The notes beneath the pieces are model-generated. The model saw only the letters and a program-made list of their open reading frames with translations, was not told the DNA's origin and did no database searches. This document shows, piece by piece, positions 1 through 10,053 of a stretch of DNA of 64,000 nucleotides. Location of the stretch: the IMG/VR virus record IMGVR_UViG_3300045971_000528, positions 42,082 to 106,081 of that record, one strand, 5' to 3'. Source of the stretch: a virus. Position numbers and translations under genes: made by a program. The number at the start of each line of letters is the position of its first letter. Within the stretch, counting starts at the first letter, position 1.

Positions 1-83
1 CCACTTGGCGCAGGCCTGCAGTGATGTTGTCCTCACCACCAGCCGAGTACTCGAGGAGCAGGTGCTCCTTGAACGATGGCAAG

Positions 84-821
84 TTAGCTTCCCGCATTGA
101 TCAGCTCGGCCTTCAGGGCGCGGTAGGCGGTGTCGACTTCACCAAGCTGAGTAACGAAGTCGCCATTGAGGGATGCAGCAGAGGTGCTGAAGTTGTCATC
201 AGTCACCTGCATCCAGTTTTCCCAGCGTGGTGAGTGAACGATCTTCTCGATCTCGCCAATTTGAACACCAACCTTGAGCAGCTCTTCAGTGAAGTCGCCG
301 CTGTCGTCGTAGTCCTTGGCTTCAGTCAGACGACCTTCAGCAACCTTGCCACGAACGGTGACAGTGCGACCGTTCTCGTCCTGAATGGTGTGGCTGTCGC
401 CAGAGGAACGGATGATCTTCTTGGCACGAGTGACTGTGGTCTTGCCGCCAACAGTGCTCACGATGTTCTTGCCTTCATCGCCTTGATCAGCGGCGCCAGC
501 CATCGCTTCATCTACGTCGCGATGTGCTTCACCTGCTTCATCGGCCATCAAGTCGACTTCAATGTGCGTCATGTGCTTTTCAACGAGACGCTTGAAATCT
601 TCGAAGGCATTCGCTAGTACATGAGAACTCATGGGACCTGCGAAATGTTCGATTGAGCCACCAACCCCAAGGGCGTCTTCGAGATCAGCTAGACTGTCAT
701 TGACGTAGTCAAGGACGGCATGAAACTGGTGTGATGAGACGCCTTCCTGAATGGCTGGAGCTTGCTCCTGCACTTGAGCCGGGCGGAGGGAAGAGAGTTC
801 TTGCAGACGTGAAAGGGACAT
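84..821 (-). CDS. acidic hypothetical protein, late-promoter driven (possible virion protein)
   Basis: 245-aa ORF; ATAAATA motif at 846-852 upstream. Confidence 0.75.
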   Translation of the reverse strand: MSLSRLQELSSLRPAQVQEQAPAIQEGVSSHQFHAVLDYVNDSLADLEDALGVGGSIEHFAGPMSSHVLANAFEDFKRLVEKHMTHIEVDLMADEAGEAHRDVDEAMAGAADQGDEGKNIVSTVGGKTTVTRAKKIIRSSGDSHTIQDENGRTVTVRGKVAEGRLTEAKDYDDSGDFTEELLKVGVQIGEIEKIVHSPRWENWMQVTDDNFSTSAASLNGDFVTQLGEVDTAYRALKAELINAGS

Positions 822-866
822 GAGAGTCTCCGGATGTTCGTAGCTTATTTATCGTTCCGGACAGCA

Positions 867-888
867 GAATGGGCCCGAAGGCCCATTC
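867..888 (-). terminator. cUUCGg-capped hairpin (terminator or stability element)
   Basis: GAATGGGCC-TTCG-GGCCCATTC on the minus strand, between genes. Confidence 0.65.
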
Positions 889-892
889 ATTT

Positions 893-927
893 TGCGCGCG
901 CTATCTTGAAGCTAATGCTATAAATCG
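893..927. repeat. 35-bp dispersed intergenic repeat, copy 1
   Basis: 31/35 identical to 40462-40496. Confidence 0.8.
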
Positions 928-936
928 GCGGCGGAG

Positions 937-1401
937 TTATGGTGTTGGTTCTTCTTCAGGCGGAAGATCGGTAGGAGCTCCATCCAGGTCTTCGTCTGGC
1001 GGTGTTTCGTCTTCTGGTGCAGGTTCAGCCGGCTCATCGAAGGCGCCTGTGTCCTGCTGCATGCCGGTTCCCCAAGCCTGATGCAGGTCGTCGACCGCAT
1101 TAAACAGCGTCTCGATAGCAGAGTGCACTGCATCAAGAGCACCCATATCTCCGCCAGCCTTGACACCAATGTGGTGCAGCTTGTGTGCCTGACCTGTAGC
1201 ACCTGGTGCATGCTTGAAGATGGACTCGATTTCCTCGAGCTTGTTGCGGGCCTGGTCGATCTTGTCGTAGAAGCGAACGATCTCCGCACGCGACAAAACG
1301 GGGTGCGGCTTTGGGCCCATCCCGTATTCGTCTTGATCTTCAGTGATCGGAGTGGCTGATTCGTGCAGGCTCAGCAGACCCGAGAGGGTTGTGAAGGACA
1401 T
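937..1401 (-). CDS. hypothetical protein with acidic Pro-rich tail
   Basis: 154-aa ORF; TAAATA at 1425-1430. Confidence 0.75.
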   Translation of the reverse strand: MSFTTLSGLLSLHESATPITEDQDEYGMGPKPHPVLSRAEIVRFYDKIDQARNKLEEIESIFKHAPGATGQAHKLHHIGVKAGGDMGALDAVHSAIETLFNAVDDLHQAWGTGMQQDTGAFDEPAEPAPEDETPPDEDLDGAPTDLPPEEEPTP

Positions 1402-1427
1402 AGGAACTCCATGTTGGATGCTCCTAT

Positions 1428-2096
1428 TTATGCCCGGTTCCGCTCATATTGCAGCTCGTCCAGCCATGCCATGAACTCCCGATAGACCTCGATTGCTGGC
1501 TTCGGCGGCTCGAAATCCTGCAGTTCGACGATCCCGATGTTCAGCAACCGCGTCCAGTTGGTGCCACGACTCGGCATCAGGTGGTAGGCCTCGATCGTGA
1601 GGGCGTACATGTCGGCCCACTTGATGATGTCACGGGTTGTGGAATCCGGTTCTGACAGGCCGAGGGATTGCCAGATGGTTTCCATCATGCGCTGCTCGAT
1701 AGCACCGTATGCCTCCTTCATTCCCGGTAGCTGCTTCAGCGGGGTGGGTAGGTCGAGCAAGTAGGCCTCGCTGCCATCATGCACATGCGAATGAAGAAGG
1801 ACGGTACCGGTGATGTAGTGCGCAACCTCACCGTGGAAGTGGGTTTCGTTGTAGAAGCTCTGCCGAAGACCTGTCTCTTTGGGATCCTTCAAGCGCTGAA
1901 CGATCTTGGCGACTGCTGTGGAGTGTTGTCCTACCGTGTAGGGCAGGGTGGTCATGGTGTGACCTGCATACCGAGGCATGCGACTGAGTGCCCACCCCAT
2001 GTCACGATGGTCGATCTGCTCCACCTTCGGATCGAGGAGGTCGATATAGAGACCACTCACGGTCTCGATGCAGTTGGTTCCAACTGGTGTGTTCAT
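1428..2096 (-). CDS. HD-domain phosphohydrolase (YfbR-like deoxynucleotidase)
   Basis: RYAGH..YTVGQHS, HDGSEAY, WAD motifs. Confidence 0.85.
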   Translation of the reverse strand: MNTPVGTNCIETVSGLYIDLLDPKVEQIDHRDMGWALSRMPRYAGHTMTTLPYTVGQHSTAVAKIVQRLKDPKETGLRQSFYNETHFHGEVAHYITGTVLLHSHVHDGSEAYLLDLPTPLKQLPGMKEAYGAIEQRMMETIWQSLGLSEPDSTTRDIIKWADMYALTIEAYHLMPSRGTNWTRLLNIGIVELQDFEPPKPAIEVYREFMAWLDELQYERNRA

Positions 2097-2632
2097 GCCG
2101 TTCTCTTGGTTGTGGCGACTAGACGAATGTCTCCCTTGCCGCCGTAAAGCCGATGCCGGCTGTAGAGCTCCCCATCATCCCAGTAGACAGGACAGCGAAT
2201 GCTCAGGTTCTTGAAATCATGGGCCCAAATAGTGAAGAAGTCTCTTCGAACGAAACTCTCCCACAGGGCTTTCGAGTGCTTCGTGTGGGTCTTGCCTGAT
2301 GCGACCAACATGCCATCATCATTGATGACCGCGCGGTAGAGATCCTTGGCCAATCCCTGCCCACGAAATGCAGGGAAGATCCAGAGCTGCTCGACTTCCC
2401 ATGCAGTCCAGCCGGGTCGCTGCTTGAGCATGAGCCAAGCCATCGGCCTTGGGCCTTTGGATGTCTCTCGGAAGATGGCGTAGTAGACTCGAAACCCAAG
2501 CCCGCAGCAAGGTAGCTGCACCACTCCACGTTTCCCAACAAACCGATTGGGTCCTTGCTGGTGGCGACGCGTGATGATCTTGTAGGTCCATTCCCAGTAT
2601 GGACGCGTGATGCTCTGCTCGAGAATCTGCAC
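2093..2632 (-). CDS. GNAT-family acetyltransferase
   Basis: PAFRGQGLA acetyl-CoA motif. Confidence 0.75.
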   Translation of the reverse strand: MQILEQSITRPYWEWTYKIITRRHQQGPNRFVGKRGVVQLPCCGLGFRVYYAIFRETSKGPRPMAWLMLKQRPGWTAWEVEQLWIFPAFRGQGLAKDLYRAVINDDGMLVASGKTHTKHSKALWESFVRRDFFTIWAHDFKNLSIRCPVYWDDGELYSRHRLYGGKGDIRLVATTKRTA

Positions 2633-2636
2633 TAGC

Positions 2637-2846
2637 TCACCACTTGTTGATGGGGCAGGAAGCTTCGAGCAGCTTCGTCTTCAGATCGAGGAAGCAACCG
2701 CAGAGGTCGCATTGGTGTGTCATTTTGCGATAGTGCGGACATGCTTGGCAGACCTTGACACGTTCGCCCGCCAGTTCACCATCAGCCATGGGTGGCAGCT
2801 CGCCCTTCATAAGCTTGCGTGCGATGTCTTTGAGGGTCAAACTCAT
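2637..2846 (-). CDS. small Cys-rich metal-binding protein
   Basis: CxxC, CxxCGC, CP.nKW pattern. Confidence 0.7.
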   Translation of the reverse strand: MSLTLKDIARKLMKGELPPMADGELAGERVKVCQACPHYRKMTHQCDLCGCFLDLKTKLLEASCPINKW

Positions 2847-3256
2847 GAGCGCCTCTTGTTGCTGGAGAGGAGAGCTTGGAGCTCGTCCTCAGACACGTAC
2901 ACATCGTTGCCTTTGTTGTAGGCAGGCGCCACATTGAACTTCCGCTCGCGTGCAGCCAGTTCGCGAGCCAGCATCTCAGGATCCTCGGCGTACTGGAGCT
3001 CAGGTCGAGCCACAGTTTTGGTGCCACCGTGGCGGATGTACTTCGCTGCATGGTGTGGATGCAGACCTTCGCACCTGTCTGTGAGCATGCGGGGCGGGTT
3101 GCTCTTCGGCTTGATGGCCGTGATTGACGTCTGCCGAATGCCGCTCGACATGGTGCTCACAGACTGTAGCCATGCATTGTATTCGGCTTCAAGCTTCTGC
3201 CATCCCGGCTTGCGCTTCTGCTTGCCTGGTCGAGTGTGTATACGAAGTAGTCCCAT
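2843..3256 (-). CDS. conserved T4-like phage hypothetical protein
   Basis: C-terminal APAYNKG motif recalled from T4-like phage proteins. Confidence 0.6.
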   Translation of the reverse strand: MGLLRIHTRPGKQKRKPGWQKLEAEYNAWLQSVSTMSSGIRQTSITAIKPKSNPPRMLTDRCEGLHPHHAAKYIRHGGTKTVARPELQYAEDPEMLARELAARERKFNVAPAYNKGNDVYVSEDELQALLSSNKRRS

Positions 3257-3293
3257 GATGCCATTGTATCACGACAATGGGTCGGAGCGACCT

Positions 3294-3998
3294 CTACTTG
3301 CGACGTTTGTAGAGGATGAGCGCCAACCCAGCGACCAGCAGCGACAGCGTTGATGGTTCAGGAATGCTGGGTACGACAACTGGAATGTAGATGGGCGGCG
3401 ATGGCTGCCACACAGGCCATCTGTTTGGATAGTCAGGCTCTTGCGGCACGATGCTGTTGGTCTGTGGCAAGGGGGCTGGCGGCACCATTGGAGTATCGGG
3501 CGGGGTCGTAGCACCGCCACCTGGTATTTTGTCGCCAGTTCCTGGTGGAACCCCGGCACCACCACCACCACCACCACCCTTTGATTCTGGTTTCGGTTCA
3601 GGCTTTGGCGCCACGCGCGTGATTTGGCTGAGGTTTCCGCAGATAGTGGGGACAATTACACAATACCCGTCGCTGCAATAGACCATACCACGTTCGAGAG
3701 CATCCGGCTTCCACTTGTCGCGAGTAACGGTAGCGCACATCTGGTTTCGTCCAAAGTGCATCCCACGCAGATCAGTGTACTCGTGCTTGCCCTTGATTTC
3801 AGTCTTCGTAATGTCAACGACTTCATCGAACTTGCGCTTTGCAATCCGCTGTTGCAGCCGATCGCGAGTCTCTTGTGGGATGTCGGTGTAGTGCTGCACT
3901 GCAGACGGCACATCACCCTGAAACCGGTTCGCCCCTGGATTGTCCCAAGAGCATGACGGGGTTGAGATGATAGCGGCGAGAGCGAGGGCACTGAGCAT
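3294..3998 (-). CDS. MHFG-family PEP-CTERM protein
   Basis: signal peptide, GMHFG motif, Cys-rich domain, IPEPSTLSLL-TM-KRRK sorting signal. Confidence 0.9.
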   Translation of the reverse strand: MLSALALAAIISTPSCSWDNPGANRFQGDVPSAVQHYTDIPQETRDRLQQRIAKRKFDEVVDITKTEIKGKHEYTDLRGMHFGRNQMCATVTRDKWKPDALERGMVYCSDGYCVIVPTICGNLSQITRVAPKPEPKPESKGGGGGGGAGVPPGTGDKIPGGGATTPPDTPMVPPAPLPQTNSIVPQEPDYPNRWPVWQPSPPIYIPVVVPSIPEPSTLSLLVAGLALILYKRRK

Positions 3999-4012
3999 GC
4001 CCTATTTATGGC

Positions 4013-4318
4013 TCAGCGCATGTCGTGCCCAGGCTGATTCACGTGTACCGTGTAGTTGTTTTCCGACAACCACGTTCCATCGACCTCTTCAGCATCGATG
4101 CAAGGCACCACAGACTTCCCCGTTTTGTTCTTGAGGATCCTATGGTCGGTCAGATCGTAGATCCAACTTGCCTCAAATGTCAGCCGCTGTGGAAGCGCGG
4201 CACCATTATCGAACCTCGGCCGAGGAAGGATGACATCGTACTCGATCCCGCCAAGACGCCGACCCACTACGTGATAGTAGTGGGTCTTTACACGCACCCT
4301 GACGAGTTCGCGGGTCAC
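4013..4318 (-). CDS. hypothetical protein
   Basis: ORF coupled to upstream gene. Confidence 0.55.
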   Translation of the reverse strand: MTRELVRVRVKTHYYHVVGRRLGGIEYDVILPRPRFDNGAALPQRLTFEASWIYDLTDHRILKNKTGKSVVPCIDAEEVDGTWLSENNYTVHVNQPGHDMR

Positions 4319-4584
4319 GCCTCGACTTGTTCAGGCTGAGCAGCCTTGCCGGCACCACGGAGAATGCGCTTGCCGGCGGTCTTCTCGGCCTTGCCGCCAG
4401 ACGACTCGTGCTCCGCCTTAATCATCTCGGCGATGCGCTTCAGCACTTCGGGATTGTCCCGATAGCCCCACTTCTTGCCATGGGACGGCGTGGTGCGAGC
4501 CGGACCCTTCTCACCGTTCTTGTGCATCAAAGTAATGCTGCGAGCCTTGGCGAGGTTCCGGGCGTTCTTGCTGTTGCGGGACAT
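4315..4584 (-). CDS. basic hypothetical protein
   Basis: 89-aa ORF with GGAG RBS. Confidence 0.65.
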   Translation of the reverse strand: MSRNSKNARNLAKARSITLMHKNGEKGPARTTPSHGKKWGYRDNPEVLKRIAEMIKAEHESSGGKAEKTAGKRILRGAGKAAQPEQVEA

Positions 4585-4628
4585 GTGGTCTCCAGTTGAA
4601 TAGATCTATTGTAAGTCGAGAGCCGGGT

Positions 4629-5735
4629 TTAGCAGGCTCTTTCGTCAGGTTGCAGCATCGAGATCAGAGCACCGATGCGGGCTTGTTCGATGCCCTCACC
4701 GATTTCCTTGCCGCTCATGCCATCGGCCACGAACACGGGTGCCAGTTGAGAAGCCAGCGGTTGCGCGAGGCTGAAGCCACCCACCATTTCGCGGGCAGTG
4801 AATGTCTGCGCTGTGCCCAACTTCGCCGCGCCGTAGCTGATCAGCGTGAACAGCTCCAGGCGCTTTTCATTCTGCCAGCCGATGCGCCGCAGCAATGCAC
4901 TCAAATCGCGGGCGGTATGATTGGCTGTGCGGTTCTGGCTGATGAACTGCGCAAATGCCCAACCTTCGCTACCGCCGACCTGCATCGAGAACGCTTGATC
5001 ACTTTGCGCGATGGCTGTGAACGCCAGCACACGTTCGTCCTTGTTGAAGTTCTGGCGAACCCAACCAGCAACATCGGCGAGTCGCAAGGTGTTCATGCCG
5101 CGGAAGAAGCTGACGTGCTGGGTAACCTTCAGCTCATGCAGCATCTTGAAGAAGCGCATGCAGCCCTTGACCGTGCACGTCTTCAGCACCTTGACAATCT
5201 CGGCAGCGAAGCGCTCCCACGGCAGCTCATTCAGCTCGCCGCGTGCGACCATTTCCTGCGCGAATAACAGCGTGACGTCAGCGACCGTGAAATCCTCGAA
5301 GCGACCGTAGAAGCGAGCCAAACGAACGACGCGCAATGGGTCTTCCTTGAAGGCACTCGACACATGGCGTAGGATGCGCTTGTTGATGTCGTTGATGCCG
5401 TCGAACGGGTCGATGAACTCGCTGGTCTCTTCGTCCATGGCGATCGCATTGATCGTCAAGTCACGACGGCCCAGGTCGTCGGCCAGCGTGACATCTTCGT
5501 CGTAGTGCACCGCGAAACCGTGGTAGCCGGCCCCCGTCTTGCGCTCCGTGCGAGCGAGAGCGTATTCTTCACCCGTCGTGGGATGCAGGAAGACAGGGAA
5601 ATCGGCACCGACTTGTTCGTAGCCCATGGCCAGCATCTCTTGCGGGGATGCACCAACGACTACATAGTCACGGTCCTGGATGGAGTTGCCCATCAACAGG
5701 TCACGAACTGCGCCACCAACGAGGTATTGTTTCAT
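4629..5735 (-). CDS. cca: tRNA nucleotidyltransferase (CCA-adding enzyme)
   Basis: VGGAVRD, DxD, RRDLTINA, EDPLRVVR motifs. Confidence 0.95.
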   Translation of the reverse strand: MKQYLVGGAVRDLLMGNSIQDRDYVVVGASPQEMLAMGYEQVGADFPVFLHPTTGEEYALARTERKTGAGYHGFAVHYDEDVTLADDLGRRDLTINAIAMDEETSEFIDPFDGINDINKRILRHVSSAFKEDPLRVVRLARFYGRFEDFTVADVTLLFAQEMVARGELNELPWERFAAEIVKVLKTCTVKGCMRFFKMLHELKVTQHVSFFRGMNTLRLADVAGWVRQNFNKDERVLAFTAIAQSDQAFSMQVGGSEGWAFAQFISQNRTANHTARDLSALLRRIGWQNEKRLELFTLISYGAAKLGTAQTFTAREMVGGFSLAQPLASQLAPVFVADGMSGKEIGEGIEQARIGALISMLQPDERAC

Positions 5736-5741
5736 GGTGCT

Positions 5742-5770
5742 ATTCTATCACAGCGGGTAGGAATGTACAC
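5742..5770 (-). promoter_or_regulatory. sigma70-like early promoter; representative of a family also at 6509, 33484, 33604, 40015, 42233, 49108, 54216, 56665 and 60555
   Basis: (G/T)TGTAC-N17/18-TAnRAT repeated upstream of operons. Confidence 0.8.
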
Positions 5771-5950
5771 TACGAAAGTGTTACCGCGGCCGATGGATCT
5801 GTTCGTGGGTTTCGATTTTGTGGCACTTACGGCAGATGTGCCGCTCAGACCAGAAGCGGTAACCAGACCGCAGGTCTTGATCCTCGACGGTGTCAAGGTA
5901 CCGCCACTGGTGATTGCACCAGAGCATGCTTTTGATCCAAGCTAGGATGT

Positions 5951-6352
5951 TCATGCCCAGTCCAGCAACATGCCCACGTCTAGTTCGAGAACGATGGCAT
6001 GTCGATCTTGAAGGGTGATGTCAGCCCAGTCCAAACAGGCGGGGTCGATCGCGCCGTCCTTCATGAGCATGTTCAGCGAGATGCGGAGGTTGGTGTCGGT
6101 GATGGCATGACCGTGAATCTCGGAGTCGTAGCCTTCCAGCCGAAGCTGCGCGACTGCATGAATGTCGCTTGGGCTGTCGTCATCATCAGCCTGCATGGAC
6201 ACACCGACCCCGGTGATCTTGCAGTAGCGGGGGAATTCAGACTTGCCGTGCTTGCCGTTGCCATCTTCACCAAACATGAAGATGGTCTTGCCGAGCATGG
6301 CACGTTCAAGCAGGATCCTGCAGTCCTGGCGAAGTTCTTCAAGAATTGTCAT
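5951..6352 (-). CDS. hypothetical protein
   Basis: 133-aa ORF in minus-strand gene run. Confidence 0.65.
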   Translation of the reverse strand: MTILEELRQDCRILLERAMLGKTIFMFGEDGNGKHGKSEFPRYCKITGVGVSMQADDDDSPSDIHAVAQLRLEGYDSEIHGHAITDTNLRISLNMLMKDGAIDPACLDWADITLQDRHAIVLELDVGMLLDWA

Positions 6353-6540
6353 TGAGTTGGCGCTGCAGATCGCGCTTCAGGTTCTGGCGGTTGAAGTCCT
6401 TCGGCCCACGCATACGACCGCCCTTAGCAGCAAGCAACACATCGTTGAGCTGCTTGGCGCGGGGTTTGGGGATATGAATGGTGAAGGTGGTCTTTTGCAT
6501 GATGAATCATTATACATCGGGTACGTGCACATGTACACCG

Positions 6541-6753
6541 TCAAGATGTAACCTCAACTGTTAGATCCCACATAGCGTTTTCGATGTCGAGATCGGCCGC
6601 CAGGATCTTACAGCCCGGAGATTGCTGCTGCGCTTGCGCCACCATCCACTGCCGTTCGTCAGGCAGAACACCAAGCGCCGTACCCATGATGGCATGGTCG
6701 GCGATGATGTCCTCTTGCTCAGGACTACATGGAACTCGAATGGTCGTCATCAC
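6541..6753 (-). CDS. hypothetical protein
   Basis: coupled ORF. Confidence 0.55.
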   Translation of the reverse strand: MMTTIRVPCSPEQEDIIADHAIMGTALGVLPDERQWMVAQAQQQSPGCKILAADLDIENAMWDLTVEVTS

Positions 6754-7703
6754 TCTATCTCGTCAAATGAGGTGGCGCCCTCAGCCCTCTTGGCTGGTGG
6801 GGTATCGATGACAAGAGGTTCAACCTCCCAGAATTGCGTTTCGGTGGCTTGATAGAACTTCCATGTGCCAAGCTCAACGCACGTCATGCGCTCCCAACCA
6901 GTAGCATCCGTGTCGTACGAGCCGTAGGCGCATGTGTCGATGTTCGTCTGCCCGATGATGGTGAGTGGGCGCTGCACGATCGTGTGACCACTGATGATGT
7001 GACTCAACTTGTCGTTGAACATCTTCGGCTTGTTGCCATTGAGGTAGACCGTACGTTTGATCTTCTCGACGTTGGACAGGTTGGCCTTGTAGAAGTTATA
7101 GAAGAGGAAGCGGCCCCACACAATGTGGTCGCCGTCTCGGGTCTGTACATTGTTCAGCGCAAGCACCTTGGCTGGGTCAGCAAGGATCTCATCAGTCACC
7201 TCATGTCCAGGTGGGAACTCGGCGTGGATCACGTGGAACTTCTTGCCATCAGGTCGTTCGATGGTGATGAGGAGCGGAAGCTCCTCAACAAGCGGGAACA
7301 ATTCAAACAAGGCCTTGCTGTCTGCTTCAATGACCGGACGCTTCGATTCGTCTGTGATGAAGCTAGTGCGGTGCTGCCAATCCTTGTAGGCCTGAATGCC
7401 CCATGCCCCGCCATTCTGAACCCAGAACTGGCCCATGTACCCGCCATTGAATGCCTCGAGCATCATCTGCTCGTGGTTGGCAAGCACACAGTGGAACCAC
7501 GACTCGTTCAACAGCTGAAGACAGCGAAGACTGTCAGGCCCGCGATCTACCAGATCGGCAACGCTGACGAGACGATCCTTGGTAGGATCAAACCTAACGC
7601 CAGCCAGCAGATTCACCAAGACCGATAAGGATCCGTGAATGTCCCCAACCACGAAGTCTCTGCCTTCATGGTTGGGTGGTAGGGTCTTGATTGGATTTCG
7701 CAT
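6750..7703 (-). CDS. calcineurin-like metallophosphoesterase (lambda NinI/PphA-type Ser/Thr phosphatase)
   Basis: GDIHG, DLVDRG, NHE, GHT motifs. Confidence 0.92.
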   Translation of the reverse strand: MRNPIKTLPPNHEGRDFVVGDIHGSLSVLVNLLAGVRFDPTKDRLVSVADLVDRGPDSLRCLQLLNESWFHCVLANHEQMMLEAFNGGYMGQFWVQNGGAWGIQAYKDWQHRTSFITDESKRPVIEADSKALFELFPLVEELPLLITIERPDGKKFHVIHAEFPPGHEVTDEILADPAKVLALNNVQTRDGDHIVWGRFLFYNFYKANLSNVEKIKRTVYLNGNKPKMFNDKLSHIISGHTIVQRPLTIIGQTNIDTCAYGSYDTDATGWERMTCVELGTWKFYQATETQFWEVEPLVIDTPPAKRAEGATSFDEIE

Positions 7704-7914
7704 TCGATACTGCCAAAGGTGAGGAGTTGTATTTACACCCTCAACCCCTCGACAATATCGTGCAGTTGGTCAGGATGGTCGATGAGGTATTGTTTGATCG
7801 CGTAGAGGACACACTGGTCCAGCCCGCCGATTTGACCGTTGCAGCGGTCATTGGCGTTCTGGACAACAGTGAGAACCTCCTCGCCCGTGATTGGGTATTC
7901 GAGGAGGTTACGCA

Positions 7915-8727
7915 TCATGCCAGCTTGAAGACGTCGCGGAAGGCGACCTTGACGATGCGGCCCGACAGATTGACCATCACGTCGGCAACGACACGGAAGA
8001 ACTCGGTCAGCAGGTCACCGAAGATGAGGCTGAGAGCGTAGGCCGGCCACAGGAACGTCCAAGCACCCACGTGTTCGGTCAGTTCACCGCGGTTGATCTT
8101 CGGCTCCACGCTCAGCTTGTCTGCACCGAGAACCGTGCCGATGATGCGGTCTTCTTGACATTGAGCGCGGAAGCAAGAATTGGTGATGAAGGACTTGATG
8201 GCATCGACTGCAGTCTGGAAGGCACCCCATTCGGCACCCCGTTCACGAGCTTCGCGGATCAGATCGGCGTGGGAGATGTCAACCCGGCCTTCATTGTCCT
8301 TGAAGCGAACGGATTCGGTCGTCTTCAGCCAGTCAGACCATAGACCAGCCAAATGGCGAGCAGAGCGGCGGATGGTGAGACCGAACTCGAGACACGAGTA
8401 GACCAAGCCAAGGCCGAGGTAGGCAGCCAGCGGCGCCCAGAACGACCAGTTGCGAACGACTTCCCACAGCACGACGCGGTCTTGCGCCTTCGTGATCACC
8501 GTAGCAGCATCCTTGCCGGTACCCATCACGGCATCAACGTGCGCAGGACCAATGAAGGTGAACTCCGGCCAGTAGTACCAAGCCAGTGCCACAAGGCCGA
8601 CACCGATAAGGTACCACTTTGGTTCCTCATTGGTCGTACGTCGGTCGAATGCCGTGGCAACGATGAGCGCCAGGAAAAACGCGCTGATGAGCGCCAGTTC
8701 GAGAAGGCCAAGACCCAGGAAAATCAT
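7915..8727 (-). CDS. multi-pass membrane protein
   Basis: about four hydrophobic segments. Confidence 0.75.
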   Translation of the reverse strand: MIFLGLGLLELALISAFFLALIVATAFDRRTTNEEPKWYLIGVGLVALAWYYWPEFTFIGPAHVDAVMGTGKDAATVITKAQDRVVLWEVVRNWSFWAPLAAYLGLGLVYSCLEFGLTIRRSARHLAGLWSDWLKTTESVRFKDNEGRVDISHADLIREARERGAEWGAFQTAVDAIKSFITNSCFRAQCQEDRIIGTVLGADKLSVEPKINRGELTEHVGAWTFLWPAYALSLIFGDLLTEFFRVVADVMVNLSGRIVKVAFRDVFKLA

Positions 8728-9063
8728 GGAGTTGCTCCAGTTGTTGAGAGTTTATTCTAACACTCTCAACTGTTGGAGCGACCTGGTATCAGGTCCGGTA
8801 GTGCATCCTCGACAAGCGGAAGATGCGTGCCGCCAGGCGTTGGTTCGCCATCATCTGCACAGTCCAGGCCGTCTGCTTGAACTTCTCGTAGTCCTCACGA
8901 CTGAAGCCGAGGGTGCAGAAGTTGCCGTAGTCGTCGACTGCGTTCAGGCGGACCTGTGCAGTCGGCAGTTCGATCTCGCAGCAGGGGCAGGGACCGGGAT
9001 TTGGCTCACGTGGTTGGTCCGTCAGCCAATACTTGTTGGTGTGTTCCCAATCAAAGATGCGAA

Positions 9064-9504
9064 TCATGCCAACCCCTTGTCGAAAAGACAACCACCGTGC
9101 AAGCAGGCAACGCCCGCCGCTTCATTGTGTAGCGCCTCAACCCGCATGCATCCCTTCTTGCAGGGGTGCACCTTCGGCTTGCGATCTTCGCGCTTGCGCA
9201 GGAGAACCACATCACTGACCTTGTAGCAGAGGATGGCAAGCTGGTCGTAGTAGTCCATCGTCATGTCGATGATGGCGCTGATCTGATCGTTCGTGGCCAT
9301 GATGCGCACTGGGATCATGCGCTCGATGAAGAGCTCACCGTCCGGTGCCACCCACTGTCCCTTGGCGGGGGTGAGGATGGTGAGGCCGCCAGAAATCATG
9401 CGAACCTTGGCATCCCAAACCCGGTGGTAGCGGGTCGTATAGGGCTTACCGCCGATGCGACGAACTGTCGGCACCAGAATTTCCCACATGTATGGTGTGT
9501 TCAT
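9064..9504 (-). CDS. hypothetical protein
   Basis: 146-aa coupled ORF. Confidence 0.65.
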   Translation of the reverse strand: MNTPYMWEILVPTVRRIGGKPYTTRYHRVWDAKVRMISGGLTILTPAKGQWVAPDGELFIERMIPVRIMATNDQISAIIDMTMDYYDQLAILCYKVSDVVLLRKREDRKPKVHPCKKGCMRVEALHNEAAGVACLHGGCLFDKGLA

Positions 9505-9962
9505 CTCAGTTTGAGTTCCGCGTATGCTTCATCTTCGTTGATGTCGAGGTCCATGGAGAAGCTTCTGGCCAAAGCCTGCATCTTCTTGTTGGTCCGCAGG
9601 CAGGACACGAAGATCAACTCCGTGCCATCTGCTCGGCAGTCAGCGATGATCTGCGCCATGAGCATCTTGCCCAGCCCCTGTGTACGGTGCGCTTCATCTA
9701 CGGTGAATGCGGCCTCAACACTCTTGCGGCCACTAACGTTGATGTGGCATGCAACAGCCATGGCTGCAAGCTGGCCTTCATGGAAGATGCCATAGGCGGT
9801 GTCTGTCTCGAAATTGAGGATGGTGTCGATGTAGTTCTCGACGCCCCAGTCGCTGAGGGTAGTGCAGAACCGCATGTGACGGTCTTCTGGGCTCAGGCGA
9901 AGGTAGTGTTTTGTGATAGCCGGACGGTCTTCTACCGTCAGCATTTTGAGTGTGTGCGTCAT
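9501..9962 (-). CDS. GNAT-family acetyltransferase
   Basis: VDEAHRTQGLG and N..MQAL motifs. Confidence 0.88.
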   Translation of the reverse strand: MTHTLKMLTVEDRPAITKHYLRLSPEDRHMRFCTTLSDWGVENYIDTILNFETDTAYGIFHEGQLAAMAVACHINVSGRKSVEAAFTVDEAHRTQGLGKMLMAQIIADCRADGTELIFVSCLRTNKKMQALARSFSMDLDINEDEAYAELKLR

Positions 9963-9978
9963 GATGTGTGATGTGTAG

Positions 9979-10053
9979 TGGTCTCTCTGGCAGGAATCGG
10001 ACCTGCGTCTCAGGCTTAGGAGGCCCGCGTATTCTCCACTATACGACAGAGAG
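9979..10053 (-). tRNA. tRNA-Arg(CCT)
   Basis: cloverleaf, loop CTCCTAA, CCA end. Confidence 0.85.

Noticed and set aside
3557-3578. (CCA)n microsatellite
   Set aside because: It simply encodes the poly-Gly linker of the PEP-CTERM protein.
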